Source: Heptranchias perlo
Lineage: Eukaryota
Direction: 5' to 3'
Length of the DNA: 64,000 nucleotides
NCBI RefSeq assembly: GCF_035084215.1
Contig: NC_090328.1
Coordinates: forward strand, 86,304,001 to 86,368,000
Shown here: one piece after another, positions 1 to 13,174 of the stretch
How positions within the stretch are numbered: position 1 is the first letter of the stretch
Layout: each line of letters begins with the position of its first letter
The notes under the pieces: generated by a model
Told to the model about the DNA's origin: nothing
What the model saw: only the letters and a program-made list of their open reading frames with translations
Database searches by the model: none
Made by a program: the position numbers and the translations under genes

Positions 1-819
1 AGCTTTTACTGAGCACTGCTTCTGCCTGTTAGGATGAGAAATGGCAAAAAACTATATAAATGTCACTTGGGATTTAAATGATGGGCAGCTCCGGGACTCC
101 GCCTGTGACTATTTCTTTGTGAAGTAAGCGTTTATGCCTCTCTTTTACTAGACCAATTATTCTTTTCCCCACCCTGAGCTCACCACACACGTCTGACCCT
201 TTAAATCAAAGGACAAAATAACATGCATATAAAATATTTAACTAATAATGGATTACTGCCTGTACTATAACATGGAACTGAGAGCAGGCAGGTCGATTTG
301 AAGGACGAGCCCACAGTTCGAGTCCTTTAATTTGACTCCTTTACTCAATTGTCTGGTGCAGTACAAGCAGAGTCCAAGACAACTATTCAATTACCTTTCT
401 GCTATGTGCAATTAGAAATATATTTATAACTTTCTAAATTTTTTTCTTAAATTTCAGAAATGTACCATTAAATTTGAAAATATCATAATAAATTTCAGAA
501 ATTTCTTGTTGGTTGGGAAACAGCAATGCAATTCTGAAATTATCGACAAATTCTGAAACTTGGCGATTTTCTTTATCTCTATCAAGAAACTCGATTAGCA
601 AAGAACTCTTCTTTGGTCCTGAATTTAAGCAATGACTGGTTGGCAACCTTCACTTGTTTGAATATTTTGTATCCTCCAATACACCTACTTGTCTTCAGTT
701 GAGATTGCATCCTGCCCAAACAATCAGAGCACTGGACTTTGGAGCTCTGTTAATGGATCACATGGAAAATCCACCATATGGTTTGGTACTGAAGCAAACA
801 GATCAGAAAGGACCAACAT

Positions 820-1183
820 TCAATCTCCCCGGAGGAACAGGATCTATTCCTCCCATCCATGGCCTGGACCAGGGCCTTAAATGTGGCATTGGAGAACCCG
901 GGGGCCTGATCTGCAAGTCTTGCAGCCCTTTGTTTCTTCAGAAGTGTTTCCCGCTGTCTGCAGCCAGAGTGCATCTCTGCTTTAAGATGTTCGGGCTCCC
1001 TTTAAGTGGCGTCAGTCAAGCCTGATTTCCCCCCCTCACAAAAGAGGCATGCAGCCAATGAATAGGGTGGGTAGCACTTTCTGCATGCCTGCCTCATGAT
1101 AATGAGCTGGCAGCACCAATTTCACAAGGAGCACCTGCACCACCCCCTGCATACCCATTTTTGGGCATGATCGAATTTCTAGG
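820..1183 (-). mobile_element. PIF/Harbinger remnant: terminus plus degenerate Myb/SANT-like exon 1
   Basis: Minus strand reads AARLADQAPGFSNATFKALVQAM, matching APKFSDDALEALVEEV at 15054 and VPRFSDAALEALVQV at 28765. The reverse-complement terminus GCCTAGAAATTCGATC..CCCAAAAATGGG matches 28490-28520. Confidence 0.75.
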
Positions 1184-1289
1184 CGAACAGCTTGCTTAGC
1201 TGCACACACAATGACAGTTCCCCTTGAACAAATAGTTGCTGAGTGTAAGGCCACTGGAATGATTTGAGAAAGCACATAAAGCTGAGATG

Positions 1290-2030
1290 ATGAGCATTTC
1301 CCAGCTTTTGCCAGCCTTCTTGCCTTCAACCTCGACCTCTCCCACAGGTTCTCCTATCTGCTGGCCCACAATTTGCAGCACCTCCTCTTTATTTGTGCTG
1401 CTCCTACTACTCTAGCAGTATTTCTTTGATGCTGGCCATCTTTTGCATTGGAGGGTGTTAAGACAATATTACGGGCATGTGAGCTCATGGATCCCATAAT
1501 GATGAAATGTGGAGATACATTGTCCCTTTAAATGAAGTGTCCTTGATGACTAGCTGTAGCCCTTGTGGCAGGCAATGTAAGATGGCAGAGTAGTTAGTGT
1601 AAAGAAGGTGCTTTAGTGTTTGCCGAGGTTTCAGTTTGCATAACTGAGTTCCCCTGACACCCAGATGCTGATAAAGAATATGAGAGGTAAGGGGGTGAGT
1701 GAAGGCTGTCTGAGTGGTAGAGGTAGGAGATATCTGGCACAAGACCTCCTCATATGCAGACAGTCAGGTCCAGCAAAGTCTGAGGTCAGCCAGGTTTTGA
1801 AACATAAATCTGCAAGGGTAAGTTTCCGCCAAATTCAGAAGGAGAATACAGGAAGATAGTTAGGACTTATTTTGTTCCAATTCAAGTAAGACAGCCCATT
1901 GATGTGAAGAGGTGTATCATGTTCATTGTTTTGTATTATTGCATGAAGCAAAGTTGTACTGATTGAAGCCAGCACCAATTTCATATGGAGCGCCCACACC
2001 ACCCCCTGCACACCCATTTTTGGGCGCATC
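1290..2030 (-). mobile_element. Second degraded Harbinger remnant (exon-2-like piece, intron-like piece, subterminal copy)
   Basis: 1970-2030 closely repeats 1111-1171. Minus-strand EEVLQIVGQQ resembles exon 2 EETVLGII, and 1690-1730 resembles the intron at 29030-29065. Confidence 0.45.
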
Positions 2031-2509
2031 ATAGCTATTGCTCTGTATGTTCACTTGCTGTAAAATAAAGCAGCTTAACAATTTGCCTCGTCTCAGTTCA
2101 CCTTCGAAAAAACTGGAGGGGCATATGCAAAAGACATGAATATCCAGTTCAGATCACAATGGGGTCATATTGTTACACCCCTGCATTACACAAAAGTATA
2201 AGTGGATATGAGGCCGTGTGAGTCAAATCCGGCTCATGAGGAGCAGGGGATCCACTTATCGGAGTGACTCACACCACTGAACTCAAGAGTGCATCTAAGG
2301 CAGACCTGAATTTGTAACAGTTACATAAATCAAAAAAATATTGATGGGGTGGCTAGCACTTTTTTATATGAAATAGAATCCACTTAAACAACTTATTTAG
2401 CATTGAAGCATCAAATTATAGAAATATGAAGATTTATGTATATTAAAATGGACTTACTTTATATTAGAATAACTCAAATTACTATTTCATCAGAATAACA
2501 CAAATCACT

Positions 2510-2695
2510 ATTATCTGGTCATTTATTGCATTGCTGTTTGTGGGATTTTGCTGTGTGTAAATTGGCTGCCGCTTTTCCCAACATTACAACAGTGACTACA
2601 CTTCAAAAGTACTTCATTGGCTGTAAAGCGTTTTGGGACGTCCTGAGGTCATGAAAGACGCAATATAAATGTAAGTTAGTTCTTTCTTTCTTTCA
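2510..2695 (+). mobile_element. tRNA-derived Deu-type SINE (SacSINE1/AmnSINE1-like), 3' portion
   Basis: TTGCTGTTTGTGGGA..AAATTGGCTGCC..ACATTACAACAGTGACTACACTTCAAAAGTAC..TTTGGGACGTCCTGAGG..TATAAATG followed by a (TTTC)n tail; same family as four other copies in the window. Confidence 0.8.
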
Positions 2696-3055
2696 CTGTC
2701 TTCCTTGCTTTCTTGCTTTCTTTCTATTCCTAATCAATACTTAGTGCATTTCAGTTCTCTGAGATCCACATTCACCTCATTTCTTATCCATAGTTTGGGA
2801 GTATACTTCACATCTCGGTGGTGCTGACTACAAAAGTCTTTTTATTCTGCTAGTGAACCTGCTGAGGCCCCCAAGCTTTTAAGCCTCCTCCTAATAAAAA
2901 ATTTAAAAAGATATTCTAGAGCTTTAATTCACAAGGGGTTGTGAGCATCGTCTAATTAATGCACAGTCATTAAAGCTAAGCCTAGAGCATATAAAAAGGT
3001 TCAGAAGAAAGCCGATGCAGAGACAATTTCAAACTTCCAGTTCAATCAGAAACAA

Positions 3056-3828
3056 GGGCCCCGATATTTACGAAGAGGGGGGTGGGAGCCAGGAAGTGCA
3101 GCAGAGCGGGGAACACCCGGTGGATGCTGGGACGTGGAGGTCCTGCTGAATTTAACGGCAGAACCTCATTATAATTTTTTTCTTCCGTTTCCTGCCTGAC
3201 AGCCAGCCAAATTGACAGGCTGGCCGGCTGCCAGATGGGAAAACCAGCGGCAGGAGGCCTCAACCAAGAACCCTTGGAACGGTCCCCGGCAAGTGGGAAA
3301 AGGGCTGCAGATCGGGGCTTGGTGGAGGAGGGGGAGGGTGGTCAGTCGTAACAATGGGGCAGGCTGCAGGTTGGAGGTTGGGGAGGGAGGTCGGCGATCG
3401 CAGCAGGGCTAGAGAGAGGCCGAGATTGGCAGAAAGGAGACCAAAGGGTGGGAGCACTCCTGCTCCTCCTGGCCCCCAAGGAGTTCTATAAAAGGCACTT
3501 ACTTTCTGGAGCTGTCAGCTCCCGCCTCCTTTCGCTGCCGAGTTTCCCGAACCTTGGAAAATCCTCACAACAGCAGTTAAATTTAAATTAGGCTCCCAAT
3601 TTCAATGTGGGAGACTAATTTAAATATGTTAATGAAGTGTCCCACCTCGCCAAGACGGGACACTCGCATGGCACACTACCCACACCATACAAATAGCGGC
3701 AGGCACGTACGTGTCGAGTTGGGATCGCATTTTGCGTTTTTTAGCAATTTAATGTCCTGCCTGCAGCGCAACGAATGGGTGTGGGTTAATCGTGGACTGC
3801 GTTTTCAGGGCTTATCCAATTTAACCCC
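3056..3828. mobile_element. Non-autonomous Harbinger-type element (GC-rich MITE family A)
   Basis: Right end AATTTAACCCC and subterminal GTTAATCG match the Harbinger end at 15270-15330. Internal blocks (ATTGACAGGCTGGC; GCACTCCTGCTCCTCC..AAAGGCAC) are shared with 20150-21040 and 35101-35952. No clean TSD. Confidence 0.65.
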
Positions 3829-4532
3829 TTAGTTTCCAGTCTGACATTAATAGATGCTATTTTTTTTGCCAAACTTCCACTCTGGGATCGATACCCTGAC
3901 AAGAATATTCATCAAGAGCATTCCTTGTCAAAGAACTGTCTATGGTTTAATGCCCAATCTATGCCAGGGCGTGAATGACGCCTACATGTGGCACGCTGAA
4001 CTATTTTACATCAACTAGTTTGGATTATATTAGCATTTACATCAGGGTCCACACAAGCTACTGAGTAAATGAATTACCCCTTGCCAATTATCAAAGAAGT
4101 TAGAGAACAAAGTCATGAACTAATAATTGTTTATTAAGCATAGCATCATAATTAACAGCACCAAAACTTAAACATTGAGTAAGTCAATAATAGTAGATAG
4201 GGTAAATTGACAAAATAAATAATAGAAGCTACATAGCTACACAAGTTAAGCCACAGTAATTCAGCATTAACTACTTGCTGATTATAAATCTATAGTTGAA
4301 ATTAGTGCCTGAGATTGATATAAATTGGTGAGAACAATTTATGATTAAACTCTTTAGATAGCTGACAAGTCAACAGCATTAGATATCCAGTCCATAGAAT
4401 AGATTAAAGTCTATATGCAATGTTTCCAGAACTGATATGACCTTGTCCTTATGACCTGGCATGCATCAACTGTTTGCCTCGCCTCCCTCTAGGAGGATAG
4501 TGTTAGCCTTTTGAGACTTCAGAGTGATGAAT

Positions 4533-6994
4533 AGAATGGACTCTGGGTGGAGGACTTCAATGTCCATCATCAAGAGTGGCTCGGTAGCACCACAACTGAC
4601 CGAGCTGGCCGAGTCCCGAAGGACATAACTGCCAGACTGGCCTGCGGCAGGTGGTGAGAGAGCCAACACGAGGGAAAAACCTACTTGACCTCATCCTCAC
4701 CAATCTACCTGTCGCAGATGCATCTGACCATGACAGTATTGGTAGGAGTAACCTCAGCACAGTCCTTGTGGAAAAGAAGTCCTGTCTTCGCACTGAGGAC
4801 ACCATCCATCGTCCACTGTGCTATATGGGATAGCTTCAGAACAGATCTAGCAGCTCAAAACTGAGTATCCATGAGGCACTGTGGGCCATCAGCAGCAGTA
4901 GAATTATATTCCACCACAATCCGTAACCTCATGGCCAGGCATATTCCTCACTCTACCACTACCAACAAGCCAGGGGATCAACCCTAGTTCAATGAGGAGT
5001 GTAGAAGAGCATGCTAGGAGCAGCACTAGGCATCCCTAAAATTGAGGTGCCAACCTGATAAAGCTACAACACAGGACTACAAGAATGCTAAACAGCGGAA
5101 GCAGCATGCTATGGACAGATCTATGCGATCCCACAACCAACGGATCAGATCAAAGCTCTGCAGTCCTGCCACATTCAGTCGTGAATGGTGGTGGACAATT
5201 AAACAACTAGCGGGAGGAGGAGGTTCCGTGAATATCCCCATCCTCAATGATGGCAGAGCCCAGCTCAGGTGTGCAAAAGACAAGGCTGAAGTGTTTGCAA
5301 CCATCTTCAGCCAGAAGTGCCGAGTAGATGATCCATCTCGGCCTCCTCCCGATATCCCCACCATCACAGGAGCCAGTCTTCAGCCAATTCGATTCACTCC
5401 ACGTGATATCAAGAAAAGGCTGAGTGCACTGGATTCAGCAAAGGCTATGGGCCCCGACAACATCCCAGCTGTAGTGCTGAAGACTTGTACTCCAGAACTA
5501 GCTGCGCCTCTAACCAAACTGTTTCAGTACAGCTACAACACTGGCATCTACCCGACAATGTGGAAAATTGCCCAGGTATATCCTGTCCACAAAAAGCAGG
5601 ACAAATCCAATCCAGCCAATTACCACCTCATCAGTCTACTCTCAATCACCAGCAAAGTGATGGAAGGTGTCGTCGACAGTGCTATCAAGCGGCACTTACT
5701 CACCAATAACCTGCTCACTGATGCTCAGTTTGGGTTCCGCCAGGACCACTCGCCTCCAGATATCATTACAGCCTTGGTCCAAACATAGACAAAAGAGCTG
5801 AATTCCAGAGGTGAGGTGAGAGTGACTGCCCTTGACATCAAGGCAGCCTTTCACCGAGTGCGGCATCAAGGAACCCTAGTAAAATTGAAGTCAATGGGAA
5901 TTAGGGGGAAAACTCTCCAGTGGCTGGAGTCATACCAAGCACAAAGGAAGATGGTAGTGGTTGTTGGAGGCCAATCATCTCAGCCACAGGACATCGCTGC
6001 AGGAGTTCCTCAGGGCAGTGTCCTAGGCCCAACCATCTTCAGCTGCTTCATCAATGACCTTCCCTCCATCATAAGGTTAGAAATGGGGATGTTCACTGAT
6101 GATTGCACAGTGTTCAGTTCCAGTCGCAACCCCTCAGATAATGAAGCAGTCTGTACCCGCATGTAGCAAGACCTGAACAGCATCCAGGTTTGGGCTGATA
6201 AGTGGTAAGTAACATTCACGCCAGACAACTGCCAGGCAATGACTATCTCCACAAGAGAGAGTCTAACCACCTCCCCTTGACATTCAATGGCATTACCATC
6301 ATCGAATTCCTCACCATCAACATCCTGGGGGTCACCATTGACCAGAAACTTAACTGGACCAGCCACATAAATACTGTGGCTACAAGAGCAGGTCAGAGGC
6401 TGGATATTCTGCGGTGAGTGACTCACCTCCTGACTCCCCAAAGCCTTTCCACCATCTATGAGACACAAGTCAGGAGTGTGATGGAATACTCTCCACTTGC
6501 CTGGATGAGTGCAGCTCCAACAACACTCAAGAAGCTCAACACCATCCAGGACAAAGCAGCCCGCTTGATTGGCACCCCATCCATCACCTTAAACATTCAC
6601 TCCCTCCACCATCGGTGCACGGTGGCTGCAGTGTGTACCATCTACAAGATGCACTGCAGAAACTCGCCAAGACTTCTTCAACAGCACCTCCCAAGCCCGG
6701 AACCTCTACCACCTAGAATGACAAGGGCAGCAGGCACATGGGAACAACACCACCTGCACGTTCCGCTCCAAGTCACACACCATCCCGACTTGGAAATATA
6801 TCGCCGTTCCTTCATCATCGCTGGGTCAAAATCCTGGAACTCCCTACCTAACAGCACTGTGAGAGAACCTTCACCACACGGACTGCAGCAGTTCAAGAAG
6901 GCGGTTCACCACCATCTTCTCAAGGGCAATTAGGGATGGGCAATAAATGCTGGCCTTGCCAGCAATGCCCACATCCCATGAATGAATAAAAAAA
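4533..6994 (+). mobile_element. 5'-truncated CR1-group (Zenon-like) LINE, decayed APE endonuclease and RT
   Basis: EN motifs (DFNVHHQEW, PTRGKNLLDLILTN), RT motifs ([26 protein letters not shown]), C-terminal WNSLP, 3'UTR hairpin and A-rich tail; several stops and frameshifts. Exact clade uncertain. Confidence 0.9.
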
Positions 6995-8842
6995 CCCTCC
7001 ATCTGTGCTTTCTGTTCCTCCTGAATCCTCTGCTCCTGGATAAATTCACCTTTTGTGCTGATATCTGGACTAGCTGGCTTAAATCTCACCTCCATTGATC
7101 TCAGGGAAACTTGTACATCTAAGTGACACATTTATATCTTCCCATATCTAGCTGGTATCACCATACTACCTAACTACTGTAACCTTTCTCTCTATCTGTT
7201 GGAGATGCACTTTCTGATTTTACAGAGACACTCTTCTACATATACTCAACAATGAACTCCCACACCTTCTACTATGAAGATAAGTAAAAGAACTAGAACT
7301 AAGCTAATAACTGAGACTGAGGATTGAGACTAAGGACTGAAGACTGAGGAGTTTAGTGTCAAAATACCATCTTATATATCCTTAATTTCCAAAGAAACCT
7401 CTTCAATTCTGTTGACCAATCTGAGTGGCACATGTGTTAGAAGAGTTCAACCCTTCAGGTGTCACCTCATGTAGCCCTGTTGGTGCCTTCGATGACCTCC
7501 AAATCAATGAAGCACCAGCACTTGCACATGCCAGGTTGCTCGTTTGCTCCCTACCTTCTCAGGCGTTTGCATACAAGGGGGTTGCACACAGGTCCAGATG
7601 AGGCAGGGCATCTTTATGTCCCCCTTAACAAGTGATCTCTGGGCCTGTAGTCTTGATGAGTTCTATCATTGATAAAAAGTGTTTCGTTTGTAGAAGGCTT
7701 AATGGTTTGAGTGGCATTAGCCCTTTCCTTTCATGGCATTCAGTCTGGCACTGACTCCATTTTGAGCACACATTTAAGGCAATTCTTAATCCATTTGTCC
7801 TACAATGTTTATGCCAAGAACACAGAGCTGTTATAGCTGCACCTCAACATTCTGTAACAATTCAGAACCTCTGCATGGTATAACAGTAATGAAACAGTAC
7901 AGGTCATGTAGGCCAATCTCTCTCTCTCTCTCTCAGTGTTTTCATCTGAAACTCTCTCTGTCTTGTAAGGTGCAGCTCAGGTTGTAGCATCACCATCTGT
8001 GAGAGTTATTGGGCATGCACAAATCATGAGAGGACTTGAGCTTGCCTTGGAAACCACAGTTATATCTTCTGGGCTCTAAAAAACTAATGCTGTGAGATGT
8101 ACATTCAATGTAGCTGTGTCTATTTGTACCCTGTTCCTGCCTGATATACCAAAAATGAACAGAAACAATAGTGGTTTATGACTGCACTCAAGCAAAAGCA
8201 TACATGTTTGTGTTTATTTTAGTAAAATGGTGTTGCATTGAAAACAAATTCATTTAAATATCTTGGTGATCCACGACAAGTGCTAAATCTTAACTTTTGC
8301 AAGAGAAAGGGAAATCAAAAAAGATGCGTTTTATTTCAGCACCACAGTATCTGTCTGACTTAGTTAAAAACAAATCTTAAGTGGTGCTGTGCTGACGTAG
8401 GAATGAGTGAAACCCATCAATGGTGATTAAAGTGCTTGCAATTAGTATAAGTTATCAGCTGATGTCTGGGTATATGTATATCAGGTTCATGGTCGATCCC
8501 AAATCTTCCAACCAATCCTTAAAACTAATTATTTTAATGGCACTGGATGTACTTCAGACATGTTTATAGCTTTGGTGATGATAGATCAGACACACTGTTG
8601 AGCACTTAAGTGACATCACTGCATGGGGTTTATGACAGTTCAGTTTTGATTTTATTTTTGGAAAGCCTAAAGACTGTGCAACTATATTTTGGGGAAAGGC
8701 ATGTTGCAACAGCCTGACCTTCCTTTGTTTTGCAGGGCAATGGCACATCTGAAAAGTTAAAGCAAAAATTTAACCTTTTGAGTACTGATTCGCACAGCTC
8801 CAGGAAGTAATGTGAACATGAACAAGCTCAGAACTAGACTAA

Positions 8843-9503
8843 TGTCTGAAAGACTGGTGTGGGATGGAGGGATTCCATCTTATGGAACACTAGCACCAGT
8901 ACTAGGACAGGAAGGAGCTATACCGCTGGGATGGGCTCCACCTGAGCTGGAACAGGACCAGTGTCCCAGCGGAAAGTATGAACAGGGCTGTGGATAGGAC
9001 TTTAAACTAGTAAGACGGGGTGGGGGAGGGATCTGCTGAAAATAACGTAAGTCCGAAGATAAAAGAAATAGGAGATGAGAGTAAAGGTCAGACCAAGGTA
9101 AACAATAAAGGTAACATAAACAGTCAGGAAACAGACACATTTATACAATCTAAGTATAAAATGACTGTTAAAAATAAAGTGAGTGGAACAATTAATCAAA
9201 ACAAATTAAATTGCCTGTACTGCATTGTGCGCAGCAGCCGAAACAAAATGGGGGAACTGGGGGCAATAATTCGTAGCGAGGAGCTAGATGTAGTGGGGAT
9301 AACTGAAACATGGCTACATAAGAAGCAGGACTGGCAGTTAAATATTGCAGGATATAACATATTTAGAAAGCAGAGGGAAGGAAGAAGGGGGTTGTGGGAT
9401 AGCTGTACTAATTAGAGATAACAATGGCAATAGAAGAAAGGGACATAAATGACATTAAGAGAGAAAGAGAATCCATATGGTTTGAAACAAAGGATGAGAA
9501 GGG
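8843..9503 (+). mobile_element. CR1 LINE 'A', 5' part (end of ORF1 esterase domain and start of ORF2 endonuclease)
   Basis: 8882-9010 reads MEH*HQY*DRKELYRWDGLHL..RAVDRTLN* (DGLH motif of CR1 ORF1), then LDVVGITETWL..NIAGYNIFRK..ESIWFE. Confidence 0.85.
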
Positions 9504-12452
9504 ATGGGGAAGGTTTAAACTAGAATGGCACGGGGATGGGAACCTGAGCAGGGAGACAGAGGAGGAGAAAACAAGGATAGAAACAAAAGACAGAAAGGAA
9601 AGAAGCAATAGTGGAAGGCAGAGAAAACAAGGGCGAAAAACAAATAGGGCCATAATGCAAAATAATACTGAGATGACTAGCAATCTTAAAAAGACAAGTC
9701 TAAAGGCATTGTGTCTGAATGCATGGAGCATTCGCCATAAGGTAGATGAATTAACAGCGCAGATAGATATTAACGGGTATGATATAGTTGCAATTACGGA
9801 GACATGGCTGCAGGGTGACCAAGGATGGGAACTGAACATCCAGGGGTATTAAATATTTAGGAATGACAGGCAAAAAGGGAAAGGAGGTGGGGTAGCAATG
9901 TTAGTAAAGGAGGAAATCAATGCAATAGTGAGGAAGGATATTGGCTCAGAAAATCACGACTTGGAATCTGTATGGGTGGAGCAAAGAAACACCAAGGGGC
10001 AGAAAACGTTGATGGGGGTTGTCTATAGGCCCCCAAACAGTAGTGGAGATGTAGAGGAGGGCATTAAACAGGAAATTAGAGGCGCATGCAAGAAGGGTAC
10101 AACTATAATCATGGGTGACTTTAATTTACATATAGATTGGTCAAACCAAATTAGCAATAATACTGTGGGGGAGGAATTCCTGGAGTGTGTACGTGATGGA
10201 TTTCTAGACCAATATGTTGAGGAACCAACTAGAGACAGGCGATCCTAGACTGGGTATTGTGCAATGAGAAAGGATTAATTAACAATCTTGTTGTGCGGGG
10301 TCCCTTAGGGAAGAGTGACCATAACATGATAAAATTCCTCATTAAGATGGAGAGTGAAGTAGTTGAATCCAAAACTAGAGTCCAGAATCCAAATAAAGGA
10401 AATTACAAAAGTATGAGGTGTGAGTTGGCTAGGATAGATTGGGGAACTTTACTAAAAGGGATGACGGTGGATAGGCAATGGCTAATTTTAAAGAACGTGT
10501 GCAGGAATTACAACAATTATTCATTCCTGTCTGGCGCAAAAACAAAACAGGAAAGGTGGCTCAACCGTGGCTTACAAAAGAAATTAGGGATAGTATTAGA
10601 TCCAAAGAGGAGAATATAAAATCGCCAGAAAAAGCGGCAAGCCTGAGGATTGGGAGCAGTTTAGAATTCAGCAAAGGAGAACAAAGAGATTGATTAAAAG
10701 GGGGAAAATAAAGTATGAGAGTAAACCAGCAGGGAACATAAAAACTGACTGTAAAAGCTTCTATAAATATGTCAAGAGAAAAAGATTAGTGAAGACAAAT
10801 GTAGGTCCCTTACAGTCAGAAATGGGGGAAATTATAATGGGGAACAAAGAAATGGCAGAACAATTAAACACAAATTTTGGTTCTGTCTTCACAAAGGAGG
10901 ACACAAATAACCTCCCGGAAATGTAAGGGAACCAAGGGTCTAGTGAGAGGGAGGAACTGAAGGAAACCAGTATTAGTAAAAAAATAGTGCTAGGGAAATT
11001 AATGGGGCTAAAGGCTGACAAATCCCCATGGCCTGATAATCTACATCCCAGAGTACTAAAGGAAGTGGCCCTGGAAATAGTGGATGCATTGGTGGTCATC
11101 TTCTAAAATTCTACAGACTCTGGAACAGTTCCTACAGATTGGAGGGTAGCAAACGTAACCCCACTATTTAAAAAAGGAGGGAAAGAAAAAACAGGGAATT
11201 ACAGACCAGCTAGCCTAACATCAGTAATGGGGAAAATGCTAAAGTCTGTTATAAAGGATGTGATAACAGAACACTTGGAAGGCATTAACGGGATTGGACA
11301 AAGTCAGCACAGGTTTATGAAAGGGAAATCCTGCTTAACAAATCTACTGGAGTTTTTTGAGGATGTAACTAGTGGAATAGATAGGGGAGAACCAGTGGAT
11401 GTGGTGTACTTTGATTTTCAGAAGGCTTTTGATAAGGTCCCACACAAGAGGTTAGTGTGTAAAATTAAAGCACATGGGATTGGGGGGAATATACTGGCAT
11501 GGATTGAGAATTGGTTGACAGACAGGAAACAGAGAGTAGGAATAAACGGGTCTTTTTCCGGGTGGCAGGCAGTGACTAGTGGGGTACCGCAGGGATCAGT
11601 GCTTGGGCCCCAGCTATTCACAATATATATTAATGATTTGGACGAGGGAACTGAATGTAACATTTCCAAGTTTGCAGACGACACAAAGCTGGGGTGGAAT
11701 GTGAGTTGTGAGGAGGATGCAAAGAGGCTCCAATGTGATTTAGACAAGTTGGGTGAGTGGGCAAGAACATGGCAGAGGCAATATAACGTGGATAAATGTG
11801 AGGTTATCCACTTTGGTTGTAAAAACAAAAAGGCAGATTATTATCTGAATGGTGATAGATTGGGAAAAGGGGAGGTGCAACGAGACCTGGGTGTCCTTGT
11901 ACACCAGTCGCAGAAAGCGAGCATTCAGGTGCAGCAAGCAGTTAGGAAGGCGAATGGTATGTTGGCCTTCATTGCAAGAGGATTTGAGTACAGGAACAGG
12001 GATGTCTTACTGCAGTTTTACAGGGCCTTGGTGAGACCACATCTGGAGTATTGTGTGCAGTTTTGGTCTCCTTATCTGAGGAAGAATGTCCTTGCCATGG
12101 AGGGAGTGCAACGAAGGTTTACCAGACAGATTCCTGGGATGGCAGGACTGACGTATGAGGAGAGATTGGGTCGACTAGGCCTATATTCACTCGAGTTTAG
12201 AAGAATGAGAGGTGATCTCATCGAAACATATAAAATTCTAACAGGACTAGACAGACTAGATGCAGGGAGGATGTTCCCGATGGCTGGGGAATCCATAACC
12301 AGGGGTCACAATCTCAGGATACGGGGCATGCCATTTAGAACCGAGATGAGGAGAAATTTCTTCCCTCAGAGGGTGGTGAACCTGTGGAATTCTCTACCAC
12401 AGAAGGCAGTGGAGGCCAAGTCATTAAATATATTCAAGAAGGAGATAGATAG
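9504..12452 (+). mobile_element. CR1 LINE 'B' nested in CR1 'A'; near-complete ORF2, 3' end missing
   Basis: Restarts at ORF1 end GEGLN*, then a new EN (AITETWL, YRPP, GDFN, SDH) and RT ([25 protein letters not shown]; open 11227-12452). Stops abruptly at KKEIDR with no 3'UTR or tail. Confidence 0.92.
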
Positions 12453-12976
12453 GATCACTGAGGCACTGTACGAGCTATGCAACAGATTCAACAGATTCCC
12501 ACTTGACAGAGAGAAGCAGAATGAGTGAGCACGAGGGTTTGCTCGCATTGCAGGATTCCCCAGGGTGCAGGGTGTCATTGACTGCTCGCATATTGCCATG
12601 TGTGCTCCACATCTCAACTCGGCCATCTTCATGAACAGAAAGGGATTCCACTCCCTCAATGTGCAGCTGGTGTGTGACCACACTCAGCGCATCATGATGG
12701 TCAATGCCAGATACCCTGACCGGAGCCCTGCAGTGTTCAGCCGAGTCAAGATACTTTGTTGAATGCTGTATGCTGCACAACCTCGCCCTTATGAGAGGTC
12801 AGCCCTTGCCACCGCCCTATCCAGCAAGACCCTGAGTCAGAGGAAGAGGCGGAAGAGGCGGAGGAGGAGGAGACGGAGATGGAGGAGGGAGTGGAGATAG
12901 AGGCAAGGAGGCAAGTTGCACAGATCTTGTCTGCCAGGGCTCTGCGTGCTCACCTTATTCATAAGTGATATCAGTA
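12453..12976 (+). pseudogene. Harbinger (HARBI1-family) DDE transposase fragment
   Basis: GFARIAGFPRVQGVIDCSHIA..NRKGFHSLNVQLVCD..ARYP, then after an internal deletion near 12720 GALQCS..CCMLHNLALMRGQPLP and an acidic tail. The segment expected to carry the second D and the E is missing. Confidence 0.9.
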
Positions 12977-13174
12977 ACCTCAACGACACCTCCCAAGTCA
13001 CCAACAGTCCCACACTCCTCACCTTTCCTCTCCCACATGACCATCAAATCACCCTCCTTATAATTACACAATGTTTCTTCCCATAGCTCATCGCATAAAT
13101 AAAAAACACCACCAACTTCAAATTCAAATACAAGTTTATAAACTTACACATGACATCATGTATACAACATTACA

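Noticed and set aside
8882-8910. TGG-to-TAG changes in LINE frames (also ~4985, ~5787) suggesting deaminase editing
   Set aside because: Too few events, and stops are what the eye notices; not separable from neutral decay without a consensus alignment.
12453-12976. Domesticated HARBI1 gene
   Set aside because: Has a stop, an internal deletion of catalytic segments, and is flanked by a Myb partner and TIR, so it is a transposon relic.
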